From assembly GCA_963721455.1 (NCBI GenBank), contig CAVRJG010000003.1:32001-96000 (forward strand): a stretch of 64,000 nt of DNA. The letters run 5' to 3'. This DNA is from an uncultured Methanosarcinaceae archaeon (GTDB taxonomy: Archaea; Halobacteriota; Methanosarcinia; Methanosarcinales; Methanosarcinaceae). The notes under the pieces are model-generated. The model saw only the letters and a list, made by a program, of their open reading frames with translations, was not told the origin of the DNA and ran no database searches. The position numbers and the translations under genes are program-made. How positions within the stretch are numbered: position 1 is the first letter of the stretch; each line of letters starts with the position of its first letter. Of this stretch, positions 48,130-59,961 are shown in pieces.

Positions 48130-49371
48130 TCATTTCTCCCAGATCAGTTCCAGGAGGTTTTTATTGGCCAGTTTGTATGCAGGGATTACCGAGCCTATCA
48201 CGGAAGCCAGAAAAAGAAGAATCGCACGGCTTAAGGCTTCGAAATTGTCCAGCTCCAGGCTGATGGCTCCAGCCGGGACCTGCACCGGATGAGATACAGT
48301 ATAAGGAGTGATCCCGTAATTCATCAGGAGGTAGCCGAAAATTACACCCGCACCTGCGTAAAGCATGGCTTGAAGGACGAAAGAAGCTATGATCACATTT
48401 TGCTCGATTCCGATGGCTTTCTGGACACCAATCTGTCTTTTTTTATTTACGATATTCACGTAGATAACCACAAAAATGATCACGAATGCTATCAGGAGGC
48501 CTATTGCATTCATAATATTCCGAATCGCTCCCAGAGTATCTCCGATCAGGCTCAAAATCCCGGCAAATTCTCTCCAGGTGCGCACCTCTTCCTTGATCCC
48601 AAGGGAAAGGAGCTTTTCCCTGGTCACTGCTTCATCCGTGCCTTCAGTGGTCCTGATTGCAATCTCCTGGGCCAGGTCCCGGTTCTGTATGCCGAGCATT
48701 TCTTCCATGTCGGACTTGCTGATGTAGGCTGCCGAATCGACCATGAAATAGAGGGTAGTATAAATGCCCTTGACCCGGAACTCCTTTGTTTTTCCCTGGA
48801 TTGTGACTTCCACCGTATCTCCGACTTCCACGCCGTCAAGGGAGCGAGAAACCATCAGGGCTCCAAAGCCCCCGGAAACTTCCCTGCCCAGTATGATTTC
48901 ACCCCTATCGAGCTTGCTAAGGTATTCTCCGCTTACCATGGCTCCCTCGATCCCTGTGACAAAGCTCTCTTCAGTAGGGTCGACACCGTACACAGTAGCC
49001 CCCATTTCTCTTTCCTTATAGCGGAAGGCACCTGAGGATTTCAGGCGGGCGGAAGTGCCTGTGACTTCAGGGAAACTCTCGATCTTCTTCTGAAGAGCTG
49101 AAGCGTCTTGAATATACCTTTCCTCTTCCCGGGGTTCGATAACGACGTTTCCAGTCTGGAAGTCCACAAGCAGCTTGTTGAATTGGACCGTGACCCCTGC
49201 AAGTATGCTTGAAAAAAGCACAAGCTGCACAAATATCAGGGTAAGGACGAAAACTGTAAAGATTGTGATTCCTTTATTGCCCCTGGTTATGGAGCGGCTG
49301 GCAAGGAAGAAGGAAACTTTCGCTTTTTCGAGCATGATCATGGGTCCTGCTTGTTTTGTCCGGTTTCTCAA
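48130..49371 (-). CDS. ABC transporter permease (MacB/FtsX type)
   Basis: One TM, large loop, three TMs; RQIGVQKAIG. Confidence 0.92.
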   Translation of the reverse strand: MRNRTKQAGPMIMLEKAKVSFFLASRSITRGNKGITIFTVFVLTLIFVQLVLFSSILAGVTVQFNKLLVDFQTGNVVIEPREEERYIQDASALQKKIESFPEVTGTSARLKSSGAFRYKEREMGATVYGVDPTEESFVTGIEGAMVSGEYLSKLDRGEIILGREVSGGFGALMVSRSLDGVEVGDTVEVTIQGKTKEFRVKGIYTTLYFMVDSAAYISKSDMEEMLGIQNRDLAQEIAIRTTEGTDEAVTREKLLSLGIKEEVRTWREFAGILSLIGDTLGAIRNIMNAIGLLIAFVIIFVVIYVNIVNKKRQIGVQKAIGIEQNVIIASFVLQAMLYAGAGVIFGYLLMNYGITPYTVSHPVQVPAGAISLELDNFEALSRAILLFLASVIGSVIPAYKLANKNLLELIWEK

Positions 49372-49393
49372 TTTATTCCGTAATAGTCGGATT

Positions 49394-50692
49394 TTAGAGC
49401 TTGCCTTTCTTTTTCATGTAGAAGACTGCGGCCGCAAGGATCAGAACTGCTCCCAGCGCAATTGGGAGAATGCTCCCCTTCTGCCTGCCCACGCTCAGGG
49501 TCAGGTCTTCGCTGAGCTGGTGCTCTCCGAAATCATCCTCATATTCTATCAGGAGGGTAACTGCCTGCTCGCCTGCTTTCTCAGGAACAAAGGTAAAAAC
49601 TGCAGGAGCGTCATTACCTTTTTCCAGGCGTCCGAGGAATGCGCCTGTACTGCCCGAACCTTCAAGCCCTTCAAGTCTGGCTTTAACTGAGCTGGCTTCC
49701 CCTTCCCCTACATTTTCAAGCCGTACGATCATGGATACCTGCTGCCCCTTTACAGGCATCCCCGGGTCAAATTTCAGGCTTGAAATGTCGATCTTTGCCC
49801 GGTTAAGGACATTAATTCCAATCTCCTGGGTTTTGTCTATCTGGAAGGTTTCAGCGTCATTTGAAGCCGTAATCCGCAGGGGAATCTTGTAGGGTTGCAC
49901 GTCTGCGTTGCTGCCGAGAAGGAGTTTGAAAGACAGGTTTTCAGAGTGTCCGGCACTCAGGTTTTCAACGAAAAGGACGTTATCTTCCAGCGGGATTAAA
50001 GGCGACGAGTTATTAAGGTTAAGCATTACCCTGACATTTTTTGCTTCCCCGTTTCCTGCATTCTTAACTGTTGTCCTGAGATAGAATTCCTGTCCGGGGA
50101 TGATGGCTCCTGAAGAGGAATTATCTCCGTTTACAGGAAGAATTTCAGTACCTGTAAGTACGAGATCCGGGTTTCCTTCCACGCGGACAGGAATCCTTCT
50201 TGAAAAACTTGTCCCATTCTTGTCTTTGATAGTGAATTCAAGCTGATAAATTCCGGACTCGGCCTTTGCATCTACCCTGAAATATAAATTCAGTTCGACC
50301 CTGGAACGCTGCCTTATCTGTTCAATTTGAAAATCTCGCTCCATGTTCGTCCCGGAACCGTACATCTCTGAGGTGCTGTATTTAAAAATAAAAGGATAAA
50401 ATTCCTCAATCCCTATTCTCACGTTTTCTGCGGGTTCGTCTCCGGCATTTTGTATACTGATTTTTATGAGCAGGTCTTCGCCCGGCCTGGCAGGGTTAGG
50501 GTTGATTTCCGAGACCTCAACTCCAAGATGGGTGTTTCCGGATACCACAACTGCAGAAGTCGTGCTTGTCAAAAAGACGGTTATCATAAGTACGGCAGCT
50601 GCAAAGCGGAGAGAGGCTGCCGATATTCGATCTCTCATTTTATGGTTCTCCTTTCCGGTGCAGGAATTCTTTTCTGGATAGGCGGGCTTCAT
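49394..50692 (-). CDS. COG1361 S-layer-domain/CARDB-like protein
   Basis: Signal peptide, repeated N.G.G.A.NV Ig-like units, C-terminal TM with basic tail; upstream of the ABC genes. Confidence 0.85.
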   Translation of the reverse strand: MKPAYPEKNSCTGKENHKMRDRISAASLRFAAAVLMITVFLTSTTSAVVVSGNTHLGVEVSEINPNPARPGEDLLIKISIQNAGDEPAENVRIGIEEFYPFIFKYSTSEMYGSGTNMERDFQIEQIRQRSRVELNLYFRVDAKAESGIYQLEFTIKDKNGTSFSRRIPVRVEGNPDLVLTGTEILPVNGDNSSSGAIIPGQEFYLRTTVKNAGNGEAKNVRVMLNLNNSSPLIPLEDNVLFVENLSAGHSENLSFKLLLGSNADVQPYKIPLRITASNDAETFQIDKTQEIGINVLNRAKIDISSLKFDPGMPVKGQQVSMIVRLENVGEGEASSVKARLEGLEGSGSTGAFLGRLEKGNDAPAVFTFVPEKAGEQAVTLLIEYEDDFGEHQLSEDLTLSVGRQKGSILPIALGAVLILAAAVFYMKKKGKL

Positions 50693-50834
50693 AGCTAACA
50701 GTCCTTATGCCTGGTTTATAACGGTTACACTTTATTTGTAACCTGTAACATGTTGTATTTTTCTATTTACTTCCATACTTCAATGGGATTATTCACACAT
50801 CTCAGCCGGATTATTCCCATACCTCAGCCGGATT

Positions 50835-52211
50835 TCAGGTCTCAGCCTTCAGTTTCTCAAAATACTGCCTTGTCTCGGCTGTAATAACTTTCCGCAGGGC
50901 CAGCAGGGCAATGAGGTTCGGGACAGCCATAAGCCCGTTTACGATATCTGCAAGGACCCAGATGACATCCAGGGTCAGGAAGGCGCCTGAAGCAACAATC
51001 AGGATGTAAATTATCCTGTAAGGAAGGATTCCCTTTACTCCGACCAGGAATTCCGTACAGCGTTCTCCATAGTAGTTCCATCCCAGAATAGTTGTAAACG
51101 CAAAGAAGATAAGCCCGACTGTTACAATGTAATTCCCGGCTTCGGCAAGCACGGTGGAAAAAGCGTAGCTTGTCATATAGACACCTGCAAGGTCGCCTGT
51201 CCAGGAATCCGTCATGACTAACACTGTTCCGGTCAGGAAACAGATGACAATGGTATCTAGAAAGGTTCCTGTCATGGAAATAAGCCCCTGTCTGGCCGGC
51301 TCTTTTACCTTTGCAGCCGCAGCAGCTATGGGGGCACTCCCGAGGCCTGATTCATTTGAGAAAATTCCCCTGGCAATTCCCATTCTGACTGCAAGCATCA
51401 CCCCTGCTCCGAGAAAACCGCCCCTGGCAGCAGTCCCTGTAAAAGCGGAATTTATTATCAATGCTAGAGTTTCCGGAAGCTTCTCAAGGTTCAGCCCGAC
51501 AATCACAAGGCTGCCGAGCACATAACCTATTGCCATAAAGGGCACCAGAAACTGGGCTACGGCTGCAATCCTCCTGATCCCGCCGAGAGTCACAACCGCT
51601 ACAAGAAGGCTTATTACAGCCGCGCTCAGGGCTTCAGGGATATCAAAGGCAATCCTGGCAGAGTCGACAATGGCATTTACCTGCGGAAAGGTTCCTATCC
51701 CGAAAAGTGCTACATTTACCCCGAAAATGGCAAAGAGTGTTGAAAGAACGCCACTGTACCATTTTTGCCCAAGCCCCTTTTTGATATAATACATTGGCCC
51801 TCCTGACATCTGCCCGTTTGCATCCACTATCCTGTATTTGACTGCAAGCAGAGACTCTGAATACATGGTCGCCATCCCGAAAAAAGCTGCAAGAACCATC
51901 CAGAAGAGAGCGCCGGGCCCTCCCGTTTTTATTGCAGTTGCGACCCCAACTATGTTCCCTGTCCCGATAGTCGCAGACAGTGCAGTGCTGAGCGCCGCAA
52001 AACTCGAAACATCCCCCTGTACTCCAATTTCGGCTTTCCTAGAGTTAAGCACATACCTGAGCGCAAGGGGTAGCCTGAAGACCTGGATCATCCCGAGCTT
52101 CCACGTCAGGAAAATCCCTGTCCCGACAAGTAAAACCAGAAGGGGTGGCCCCCAGATTAATCGATCTATCCTGGTAAGGATGTCAAGTATGCCCGTACCC
52201 AGCAGTTCCAT
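50835..52211 (-). CDS. agcS: Alanine/glycine:cation symporter (AGCS family)
   Basis: IGTGNIVGVATAI..GGPGALFWM, GGPMYY, FSNESGLGSAP. Confidence 0.93.
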   Translation of the reverse strand: MELLGTGILDILTRIDRLIWGPPLLVLLVGTGIFLTWKLGMIQVFRLPLALRYVLNSRKAEIGVQGDVSSFAALSTALSATIGTGNIVGVATAIKTGGPGALFWMVLAAFFGMATMYSESLLAVKYRIVDANGQMSGGPMYYIKKGLGQKWYSGVLSTLFAIFGVNVALFGIGTFPQVNAIVDSARIAFDIPEALSAAVISLLVAVVTLGGIRRIAAVAQFLVPFMAIGYVLGSLVIVGLNLEKLPETLALIINSAFTGTAARGGFLGAGVMLAVRMGIARGIFSNESGLGSAPIAAAAAKVKEPARQGLISMTGTFLDTIVICFLTGTVLVMTDSWTGDLAGVYMTSYAFSTVLAEAGNYIVTVGLIFFAFTTILGWNYYGERCTEFLVGVKGILPYRIIYILIVASGAFLTLDVIWVLADIVNGLMAVPNLIALLALRKVITAETRQYFEKLKAET

Positions 52212-52518
52212 TCAAGCCAGCCCCGATAAAGAAACAACAGTTTTAATTGAGTATTTGTTCAAGGCTGGTCTTAAACGTTGATGTTCACGTATTCGGGATC
52301 TGAAATGGCATTAGGGAGTTAGAAGCATTCGGAACGGATTTATTTAATAAATTCCCTCATATGAAGCCTGCTGGCCTTGATGGTTCAGCTGGTAATAAAG
52401 CAGGTCATTTCTAGAATAATTTTTTGTAAAATGCAAGCAGGCTACAGTAATTATACATCTAAGACTAAAAATAGTAAGTTGAGAAAAACGTTCTTTCCCA
52501 ACTTTCAACCTTTGTGGA

Positions 52519-54243
52519 TCATTTTTCTTTATGGATAACAATAGAGCCGCCACCAATGGAAGTTGATGGTTCTGTATCTTCTGCTATCCCAATCTCATTG
52601 TCGTAAATTATATCATTACTTTCTTTATCCCAGATCTTTATTCTGAACTTATCTATGCCATCTCCTTTGATCGCACCATCAACAGCACTCAACATGAAAC
52701 CATAGTTTCCTTTTCCATTGATAGTTCCAGTACCTTTGTACTTAGCCTGTGATCCGGCAACGACAAGCCAATCATAGCTAGTCGACTTGAAGTTCAGGCT
52801 TGCAACCTTGAACTGGAATTCTGTCTTTCCAGTTGGTACTGTGGCGCCTTTCTCATACTTAGAAACGAATCCGAATGTTGCTTTGCCTGCGAGGGTACTA
52901 TCTGGAGCATAAGCACCTGCAGGCGAGTTGATCCAGCCGCCGCCGGTTACGAAACCGCCTTCAGGATCGTACACGACAACATAATTGGGTGCTTCTTTTA
53001 TCTCAGATCTACCATCAGCATCTGTTACTGTGAAGTTGATGGTATAGATGCCTACGGAACTATACACATGAGAAGATTCAAACTGGGACGAAACTTGAGA
53101 CTGTGATGTATTTCCATCTCCCCAATCCCATTCGCCAGTAAATGCGTCCAAACTTCCCGGTGTAACAAATGCACTGGCCTTTATATTGGTACCTACAGGT
53201 ATTGGTTCAAGAGGAGTGATAATCAAGCTGACAGTAGGAAGAGCAACTATAAACTGGCCCCAAGCACAAGGAAAGCCTCCTATAAACACGCTGTCTGTAA
53301 CAGTGTTTGTGGCTGTGTCAATTACAGAGACACTACTGTTTTCGTAACGCGCCACATATACCTTTTTCCCATCAGGAGAGACCGCAATTCCTTCAGGAGT
53401 ATTTCGTACAATCACTATGGCTGTAACAGTGTTTGTGGCTGTGTCAATTACAGAGACAGTGCCGTTTATAGTATCAGGTTTGTTTTTATTCCCCACATAT
53501 ACTTTTGTTCCCGCTGGATTGACTGCAACTCCAAAAGGAGATCTGTCTACACGCACTGTCCCTGTAACAGTGTTTGTGGCTGTATCAATTACAGAAACAT
53601 CGGAACTGTTCATGTTCGTCACATATACTCTTGTTCCATCAGGCATGATTGCGATTCCATGAGGACTGGCTCCTACGCTTACTGTCTCTGTAACAGTATT
53701 TGTGGCAGTGTCAATTATGGAGACGGTATCATCGTCGCTGTTAGCCACATATACCTTTGTTCCATCCGGAGTGACTGCAACTCCAAAGGGACCACTTCCT
53801 ACGTTCACCCTAGATGTAACTGTGTTTCTTGCTGTGTCAATTACAGAGACGGTATTGGTGCCGTAGCTAGCCACATATACCTTTGCTCCAGCCGGGTTGA
53901 TTGCAATTCCGTAAGGTACGCCTCCTACATTCACGCTGGCTGTAACAGTGTTTGTTGCTGTTTCAATTACATAGACAGTGTTGCTGTAAATGCTCGTTAC
54001 ATATACTTTTGTTCCCTCTGGATTCCCCACAACTCCATAAGAATCACTTCCAACATTCACACTGGCTGTAACATTATTTGTTGCGGTGTCAATTACAGAG
54101 ACAATGTTGCTACCTGCATTGGTAATATATGTATATGGAGACGCGCCTACTACGCTCACCATTATTAAAAGCGCCAGCGCCGTCATTCCTATAAACTGTA
54201 TTAGGACGTGTACTCTAGTATCATCTGATGTTGTTTTTTTCAA
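52519..54243 (-). CDS. YVTN beta-propeller surface protein with PKD and C-terminal GFVTGGGW domain
   Basis: Seven G.KVYV....VSVIDTATN repeats; WDWGDG. Confidence 0.92.
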   Translation of the reverse strand: MKKTTSDDTRVHVLIQFIGMTALALLIMVSVVGASPYTYITNAGSNIVSVIDTATNNVTASVNVGSDSYGVVGNPEGTKVYVTSIYSNTVYVIETATNTVTASVNVGGVPYGIAINPAGAKVYVASYGTNTVSVIDTARNTVTSRVNVGSGPFGVAVTPDGTKVYVANSDDDTVSIIDTATNTVTETVSVGASPHGIAIMPDGTRVYVTNMNSSDVSVIDTATNTVTGTVRVDRSPFGVAVNPAGTKVYVGNKNKPDTINGTVSVIDTATNTVTAIVIVRNTPEGIAVSPDGKKVYVARYENSSVSVIDTATNTVTDSVFIGGFPCAWGQFIVALPTVSLIITPLEPIPVGTNIKASAFVTPGSLDAFTGEWDWGDGNTSQSQVSSQFESSHVYSSVGIYTINFTVTDADGRSEIKEAPNYVVVYDPEGGFVTGGGWINSPAGAYAPDSTLAGKATFGFVSKYEKGATVPTGKTEFQFKVASLNFKSTSYDWLVVAGSQAKYKGTGTINGKGNYGFMLSAVDGAIKGDGIDKFRIKIWDKESNDIIYDNEIGIAEDTEPSTSIGGGSIVIHKEK

Positions 54244-54514
54244 TTTAAGCCTCCTGCAATATCAAATCGATACAAATCAACTAATTTTATGTAGGCTGAG
54301 CAGTTACCAACAATCTGAAAGACGGAAAAACTTGATTGATTCGAGAAATAACTTTCCATTTCTTTTAGGCTTGAACTTTTTTATATTATTACAACTTCTG
54401 TAACAGTTTCTGTAAAAAATTAAGCGGGCAGGATACAGTAATTATACGTATAAGATTATAAAATAGAAAATTGAGGAAGAGAATGATTCCTCAATTTTTT
54501 AACCATCTTAAGGA

Positions 54515-56662
54515 TCATTTTTCTTTATGGATAACAATAGAGCCGCCACCAATAGAAGTTGATGGTTCTGTATCTTCTGCTATCCCAATCTCGTTGTCGT
54601 AAATTATTTTATCATTACTTTCTTTATCCCAGATCTTTATTCTAAACTTATCTGTGCCATCTCCTTTGATCGCACCATCAACAGCACTCAACATGAAACC
54701 ATAGTTTCCTGCACCGTTGATAGTTCCAGTACCTTTGTACTTAGCCTGTGATCCGGCAACGACAAGCCAATCATAGCTAGTCGACTTGAAGTTCAGGTCT
54801 GCAACCTTGAACTGGAACTCTGTATTACCAGTTGGTACTGTGGCGCCTTTCTCATACTTAGAAACGAATCCGAATGTTGCTTTGCCTGTCAGGGTATTAT
54901 CCGGCACATACGCACCCGCAGGCGAGTTGATCCAGCCACCGCCTGTTACAAAACCGCCTTCAGGATCGTACACGACAACATAATTTTCTGCCGCCACACT
55001 GGCACTTCCAATATCATTATCCGTAACAATGAGAGTTACCCAATACACTCCAGCATTTGTATATACATGCTCGCCTGTTACCGTGCCTGCACCGTTTGCT
55101 TCACTAACAGCGCCTGGTGAACTTGTACCGTCTCCCCAGTCCCATACCCCATTATGTGTATCTACGGTACCTGCGTCAGTGAATGTGCAACTGGTTGTAA
55201 TTTGCGTGTTAATTAAAAGCGGATCAATGGGAGATACAATTTTACCGGCAGCTGGATTCACATTGTTCACGGTTACAGAAAGTGTATCGGTCCCAACTCC
55301 ACCGTCATCATCAGTGACAGTAAGAGTGACAGTATAAGTTCCATTTTTGGCATAGGCATGGGTCGGAGTGAGCGTGTCGGATGCGTTTGACCCATCTCCA
55401 AAGTCCCATCCGATAGTGTGGGTATCAGCAGATCCGACATCAGTGTAACTTCCCGAGAAACTCACGGTATCTCCTTCGTTGACAGTCTGGTCATTGCCTG
55501 CTTCAACAACAGGATTCACGTTATTTATTGTTACAGCAAGTGTATCGGTCCCAACTCCACCACTATTATCAGTTACAGTAAGAGTTACAGTATAAGTTCC
55601 ATTTTTGGCATAGGCATGGGTCGGAGTGAGCGTGTCGGATGCGGTTGACCCATCTCCAAAGTCCCATCCGATAGTGTGGGTATCAGCAGATCCGACATCA
55701 GTGTAACTTCCCGAGAAACTCACGGTATCTCCTTCGTTGACAGTCTGGTCATTGCCTGCTTCAACAACAGGATTTGCATTACTTATTGTTACAGTAGCTG
55801 TATCAGTGCTAGTAAGTTCTCCGTCACTGACTTCAAGTTTTACACTTCCGCTCCAATCATCAGTCCAAGTATGAGCAGTTGCTGGATCATTTGACCATTC
55901 AGTATCCCATGTTCCATCATTCTCAAGATCCCATCTGTACTGCAGAGTATCTCCGTCCGGGTCATTTGACAGGCTTGCATCAAAAGTCACAGGAGAGCCT
56001 TCATTTGCCTGGTAAGGTCCACCTGCATCGGCTACTGGGGGCTGGTTAGTATTCACGTATTCATAAACTTCGAATTCGTATATCCATCCATGTTCTATTC
56101 GTGTACCATTAATGTTATTTTGGGAATTATCGAAAGAATATCTCACTTTACTGCCCGTAACAGATCCAAAAGTAAGAGTATCAGCATATCCAGCATTCGG
56201 CTGGTAAGTGAGATTTAGATCTCTTTGAAAATTGATAGATTTCCAAGTTGAACCATCCCAGTATTGTAGACTGACGTCTTTAGGGATATGTATGTAGGTG
56301 TGATGCCATATTATCACTTCATTAAAAGTGCGATCTTCACCAAAATTTATAGTTGCCTGTCTTACTCCAGGTACTCCATAATTTCCTCCAGTAAAAGCTA
56401 AGCCATGGTACCATTCTGGATAATCACGGAGTCCATCGACAATTTCCCACTGATCCGAGCCACCTCCCCAACCTTGGTCTGATTCCAGAGGGCTGGGGTA
56501 TCCAGATCTACTTGGGTTAAGAGCAATATTTGTTTGCAAAGAAGACTCATCTGTTGCTGCACTTACTGATGGGTTCATACTAACAATCAGAACCGCGCAG
56601 ACTAATAAAAACAAAAATTTTTTTATCCGTTTCATCTTATTTTCCTCTTTCCAATTTGACAA
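54515..56662 (-). CDS. Surface protein: discoidin-like N-domain, 4 PKD domains, C-terminal GFVTGGGW domain
   Basis: Signal peptide, ADAGGPY, two near-identical PKD repeats, shared C-terminal module. Confidence 0.9.
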   Translation of the reverse strand: MSNWKEENKMKRIKKFLFLLVCAVLIVSMNPSVSAATDESSLQTNIALNPSRSGYPSPLESDQGWGGGSDQWEIVDGLRDYPEWYHGLAFTGGNYGVPGVRQATINFGEDRTFNEVIIWHHTYIHIPKDVSLQYWDGSTWKSINFQRDLNLTYQPNAGYADTLTFGSVTGSKVRYSFDNSQNNINGTRIEHGWIYEFEVYEYVNTNQPPVADAGGPYQANEGSPVTFDASLSNDPDGDTLQYRWDLENDGTWDTEWSNDPATAHTWTDDWSGSVKLEVSDGELTSTDTATVTISNANPVVEAGNDQTVNEGDTVSFSGSYTDVGSADTHTIGWDFGDGSTASDTLTPTHAYAKNGTYTVTLTVTDNSGGVGTDTLAVTINNVNPVVEAGNDQTVNEGDTVSFSGSYTDVGSADTHTIGWDFGDGSNASDTLTPTHAYAKNGTYTVTLTVTDDDGGVGTDTLSVTVNNVNPAAGKIVSPIDPLLINTQITTSCTFTDAGTVDTHNGVWDWGDGTSSPGAVSEANGAGTVTGEHVYTNAGVYWVTLIVTDNDIGSASVAAENYVVVYDPEGGFVTGGGWINSPAGAYVPDNTLTGKATFGFVSKYEKGATVPTGNTEFQFKVADLNFKSTSYDWLVVAGSQAKYKGTGTINGAGNYGFMLSAVDGAIKGDGTDKFRIKIWDKESNDKIIYDNEIGIAEDTEPSTSIGGGSIVIHKEK

Positions 56663-57015
56663 TAGTTATTTACCTGTCATTTTGTACAGATCTTCCAACT
56701 ATCGGGATTGTTTTAAAACTAGCTTCAACTTCTCTGAACCGAAATTTCATCGGAGAGAAATCGTGGTCGACAAAACAAAACATGGTCGACAAAAATAAAT
56801 GGAATATCGGGTTGTGGGCAAAAAAATAAAATACCATAATTTTGAAGCCAACTTACATAATAAATTGAAGATAATGTATATATACTTTAGTTTTTATTTT
56901 AGAAACTGTTTAAAAAATATAAATAATGGGGTTACATTTTGTAAAGAGTATGCTTTTCCACAGGTCAGGTCAACCTTATCAGGATATTAACTAAAATCTG
57001 AATTAATTTCTTTTC

Positions 57016-57146
57016 GAGCTGATCCCAAAACCAATTTTATTTCCAAATCAGTAAAGCTTCAGAACTATGTTTTTCACGATCAGAAACTCGATTGAAATTT
57101 GGACTACGAGATTCAGAGAAGCAATTTTGAATTTTGGGATCAGCTC
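57016..57146. mobile_element. MITE-like element, 131 bp
   Basis: Perfect 15-bp inverted repeats GAGCTGATCCCAAAA. Confidence 0.7.
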
Positions 57147-57407
57147 TTCAAATATTGGAAGAACCTCAAAAAGGATATATTTCAAGAAATCATGCATTTT
57201 AGCATGTATAAATATCTTGACATTGTAACATTAACTCATTTTTGCAGGTTACGCAACCTATTTCCACCCAAATTTCACCATTTTGAAAATTTTTACCTTA
57301 CTATTTTTGTTTCTTCTGTTTTCGTCTTAATCAACATTTCCATTAGTACTTTAGGACAGAACTCCTCGTATATCTGTGCAAATCCTTTATATAGTAAGCT
57401 TTCTTCG

Positions 57408-57605
57408 GACTCAGTTCCAAAATCTAGTGATGAACGTAAAATTAAAAATCACTCGATTTTGAAAACGGTCACAATCTTTTGAACGTGACCTATTGATTGA
57501 CGCCGGAGATCTCGAATATTGAGTTTGATTGAAGACTGAATTCTTCTTGGAAATTCAAGATTTCAATCAAAAAATGCAAAAATCACTAGATTTTGGAACT
57601 GAGTC
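57408..57605. mobile_element. MITE, 198 bp, with 8-bp target duplication
   Basis: Perfect 24-bp inverted repeats GACTCAGTTCCAAAATCTAGTGAT; TTTCTTCG on both sides. Confidence 0.88.
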
Positions 57606-58394
57606 TTTCTTCGCCAATTTGAATATTTCTTAGAGGCATTTTTTTGGGGGAACCATTAATTACCTTAATTAATGGAAAAAAGAGAAATAATCTTCATTTT
57701 GATAGTGAGTTTAAGGGAACCCTATATCGCTTAAAAGATATTTTTAAAAACAAAACATTATCTCAATAAGTTATATTACCTTGTTTAAATATTGGAAAAA
57801 GCCGAAAGTTTACCTGCCCAATTTTTTGACCCGCCTTCTTCTACGCCTTCCGAAAAGCTCTCAAGGAAAATGCCTTTATTTTCTCGGTCCAGAAACCAGA
57901 AAACAGCCATTGCGGGTAAATCAGATTTTGAGATAAAAATAGTTTCATGCAGCCTTCAGGGATTTCTCTTTTTCGAACCACGGGATTAAGAGACATGAGC
58001 ATTTACATAACTCCTGACAATAATCCAGAGAACAAACCAACCAATTGCTGAAATCAAATCGTTTCTGAACTTTGTTTCCATGTGCTTATTTAAGCCCCTC
58101 ATCATATTTAATTTTTTTTGTATGTTTAAAAACTAACTGAACTGCCGCCTATCCCCGCAGGAAAACCTCCTGTCTCATACCAGAAATTTCTAATCACGGC
58201 CGCAGGACGATTTTATAAGGCAACTCCAAGTTCGAATAAATAAAAGAATAGTTTGTAAAAACTAACCTATTATGTATATTTATGACAACTGAACTGTCCA
58301 GAACATAATAAAATTAATTATAATGTATTACGAGTAAAAAGATTAAGATATTTTATAAATATCATCGTGATGGACAAAATCCCAGAATATGGCT

Positions 58395-59077
58395 TTATTT
58401 TCCGATTCAATTATTTCAAAAATAAGGACAAACGATCTATCTACGTGATGGACTTTTCAATTTTCAAGACCTTTTTCCAGATGCTTTCTGAGCTCAAATG
58501 AATACCTCAAAGCTTTGCCCCAAACTTCTTTTCAAATTCTGCCTTTGAAACAGTCCCTTCCTTTTTATTTCATTCAGCCTCTCAAAATACTCTTCTTTAT
58601 ACATGGCTATGAGTGTAAAATAAAATCCGATATTATTTCTCAGGCTGCTGCTTCAGAGATGCTGCGGTTGTCACCGGCATACGAATCATAAATGTGCTGG
58701 AAGACTGTATTGCATTTTTCTTCGTAGGTTTTGGTATCGTATGATTTGGGCAGCCTATCAAGTTCCTCTTCGATTTCTTTTTTAACTGCCGCGATTGCCT
58801 GCTGTTTTTTCCGCCAATCCAGAATGAGTTTCTCAGCTTTTAGTGTGGAAAGCAGTTCTCTTGCAACCTTTCTTTACCTGGCTTTTATCTTTTTCGGTTA
58901 GATCAGGTTTTCTTAGCTTGTCAAAGAGGGAGAGTTCTTCCTCGGTTAAATTTTCCATTATTGCTCTCTCATCCTCTTTTTTCAACGCTTTCGCAAATTC
59001 GATCAATTCTTTGTAAGAATGATCTATGTTAGCAGAAGCTGAATTATACACTTCGATCAGTGTTTCGAACTTTTTTA
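58395..59077 (-). repeat. Degenerate duplicate of the hsdR 3' end plus downstream DNA (other copy about 61935-62619)
   Basis: KKFETLIEVYNS...LFDKLRKPDL and about 240 bp of non-coding DNA repeated, with small indels. Confidence 0.92.
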
Positions 59078-59961
59078 TACGCACCATACAGAATAGTCTC
59101 GTTTAACTTAGGGACATTGAAAAGAGACTCGTCGAGTGGGGTATTCTTAGAAGGTGATTCACCACTGCAGTGAATATAAAAAATAGTAGTATAAAACTTC
59201 AAACTATCTAATTCATAATACTTATGGCAGACATGCGAATGTTTGATTTTGATCCTCAAATGCATAAGTCCAAAAATTATTAAGCTATATATTGGATCTT
59301 CAAAAAATAATTCATTTTTTAAGGGTTATTGAGCCTTATTTAGGAAATTAAGTGTGACTTCAGCTATTTCCCAATAAAAAATACATTGTAACGGAATTAT
59401 TTGCGATTCAAAGGGGTAAAAAGTTTTAATTTTAGATTTAAAAGATCTTTAATCCTTATTTTGGATATTTAATTTAGTATAACAAATAACAAAACTGGAT
59501 GCCATAATTATAAATAAATATAATTTGTCAACATATTAAGCTTTTATTCAACTTTATTATTACTTTTAATGATGGATAAAATTTATTTTTCAATATAGAG
59601 AACTATTAGAGTCCATTTTGACCTAAAGAGCCATTTATATACGTATTAGCAAAAATAAACAATTTAACTCCTTTATTTCTACTCTTGTTTTGAAGAAACC
59701 GATTATTATATCTTTATATATATTTATCTATATTTTTTATACTTCGATTATCAAAACAATATTAATATTAATTTCGGCCTTACATAGCTATTTATTCCCA
59801 TGTCATATGGAATTATATGAAAAACATTTTTTTAAAGCCGGATCTGCTTATTAATAATGAAAACTGGTATTTACAAAATATGACTATCTACGGGAAGTGA
59901 ATTGAGAGTACAACAGCTTTAAAATTGTATTAAATTTGGGAATAGTGGGGAATGAGGACAA

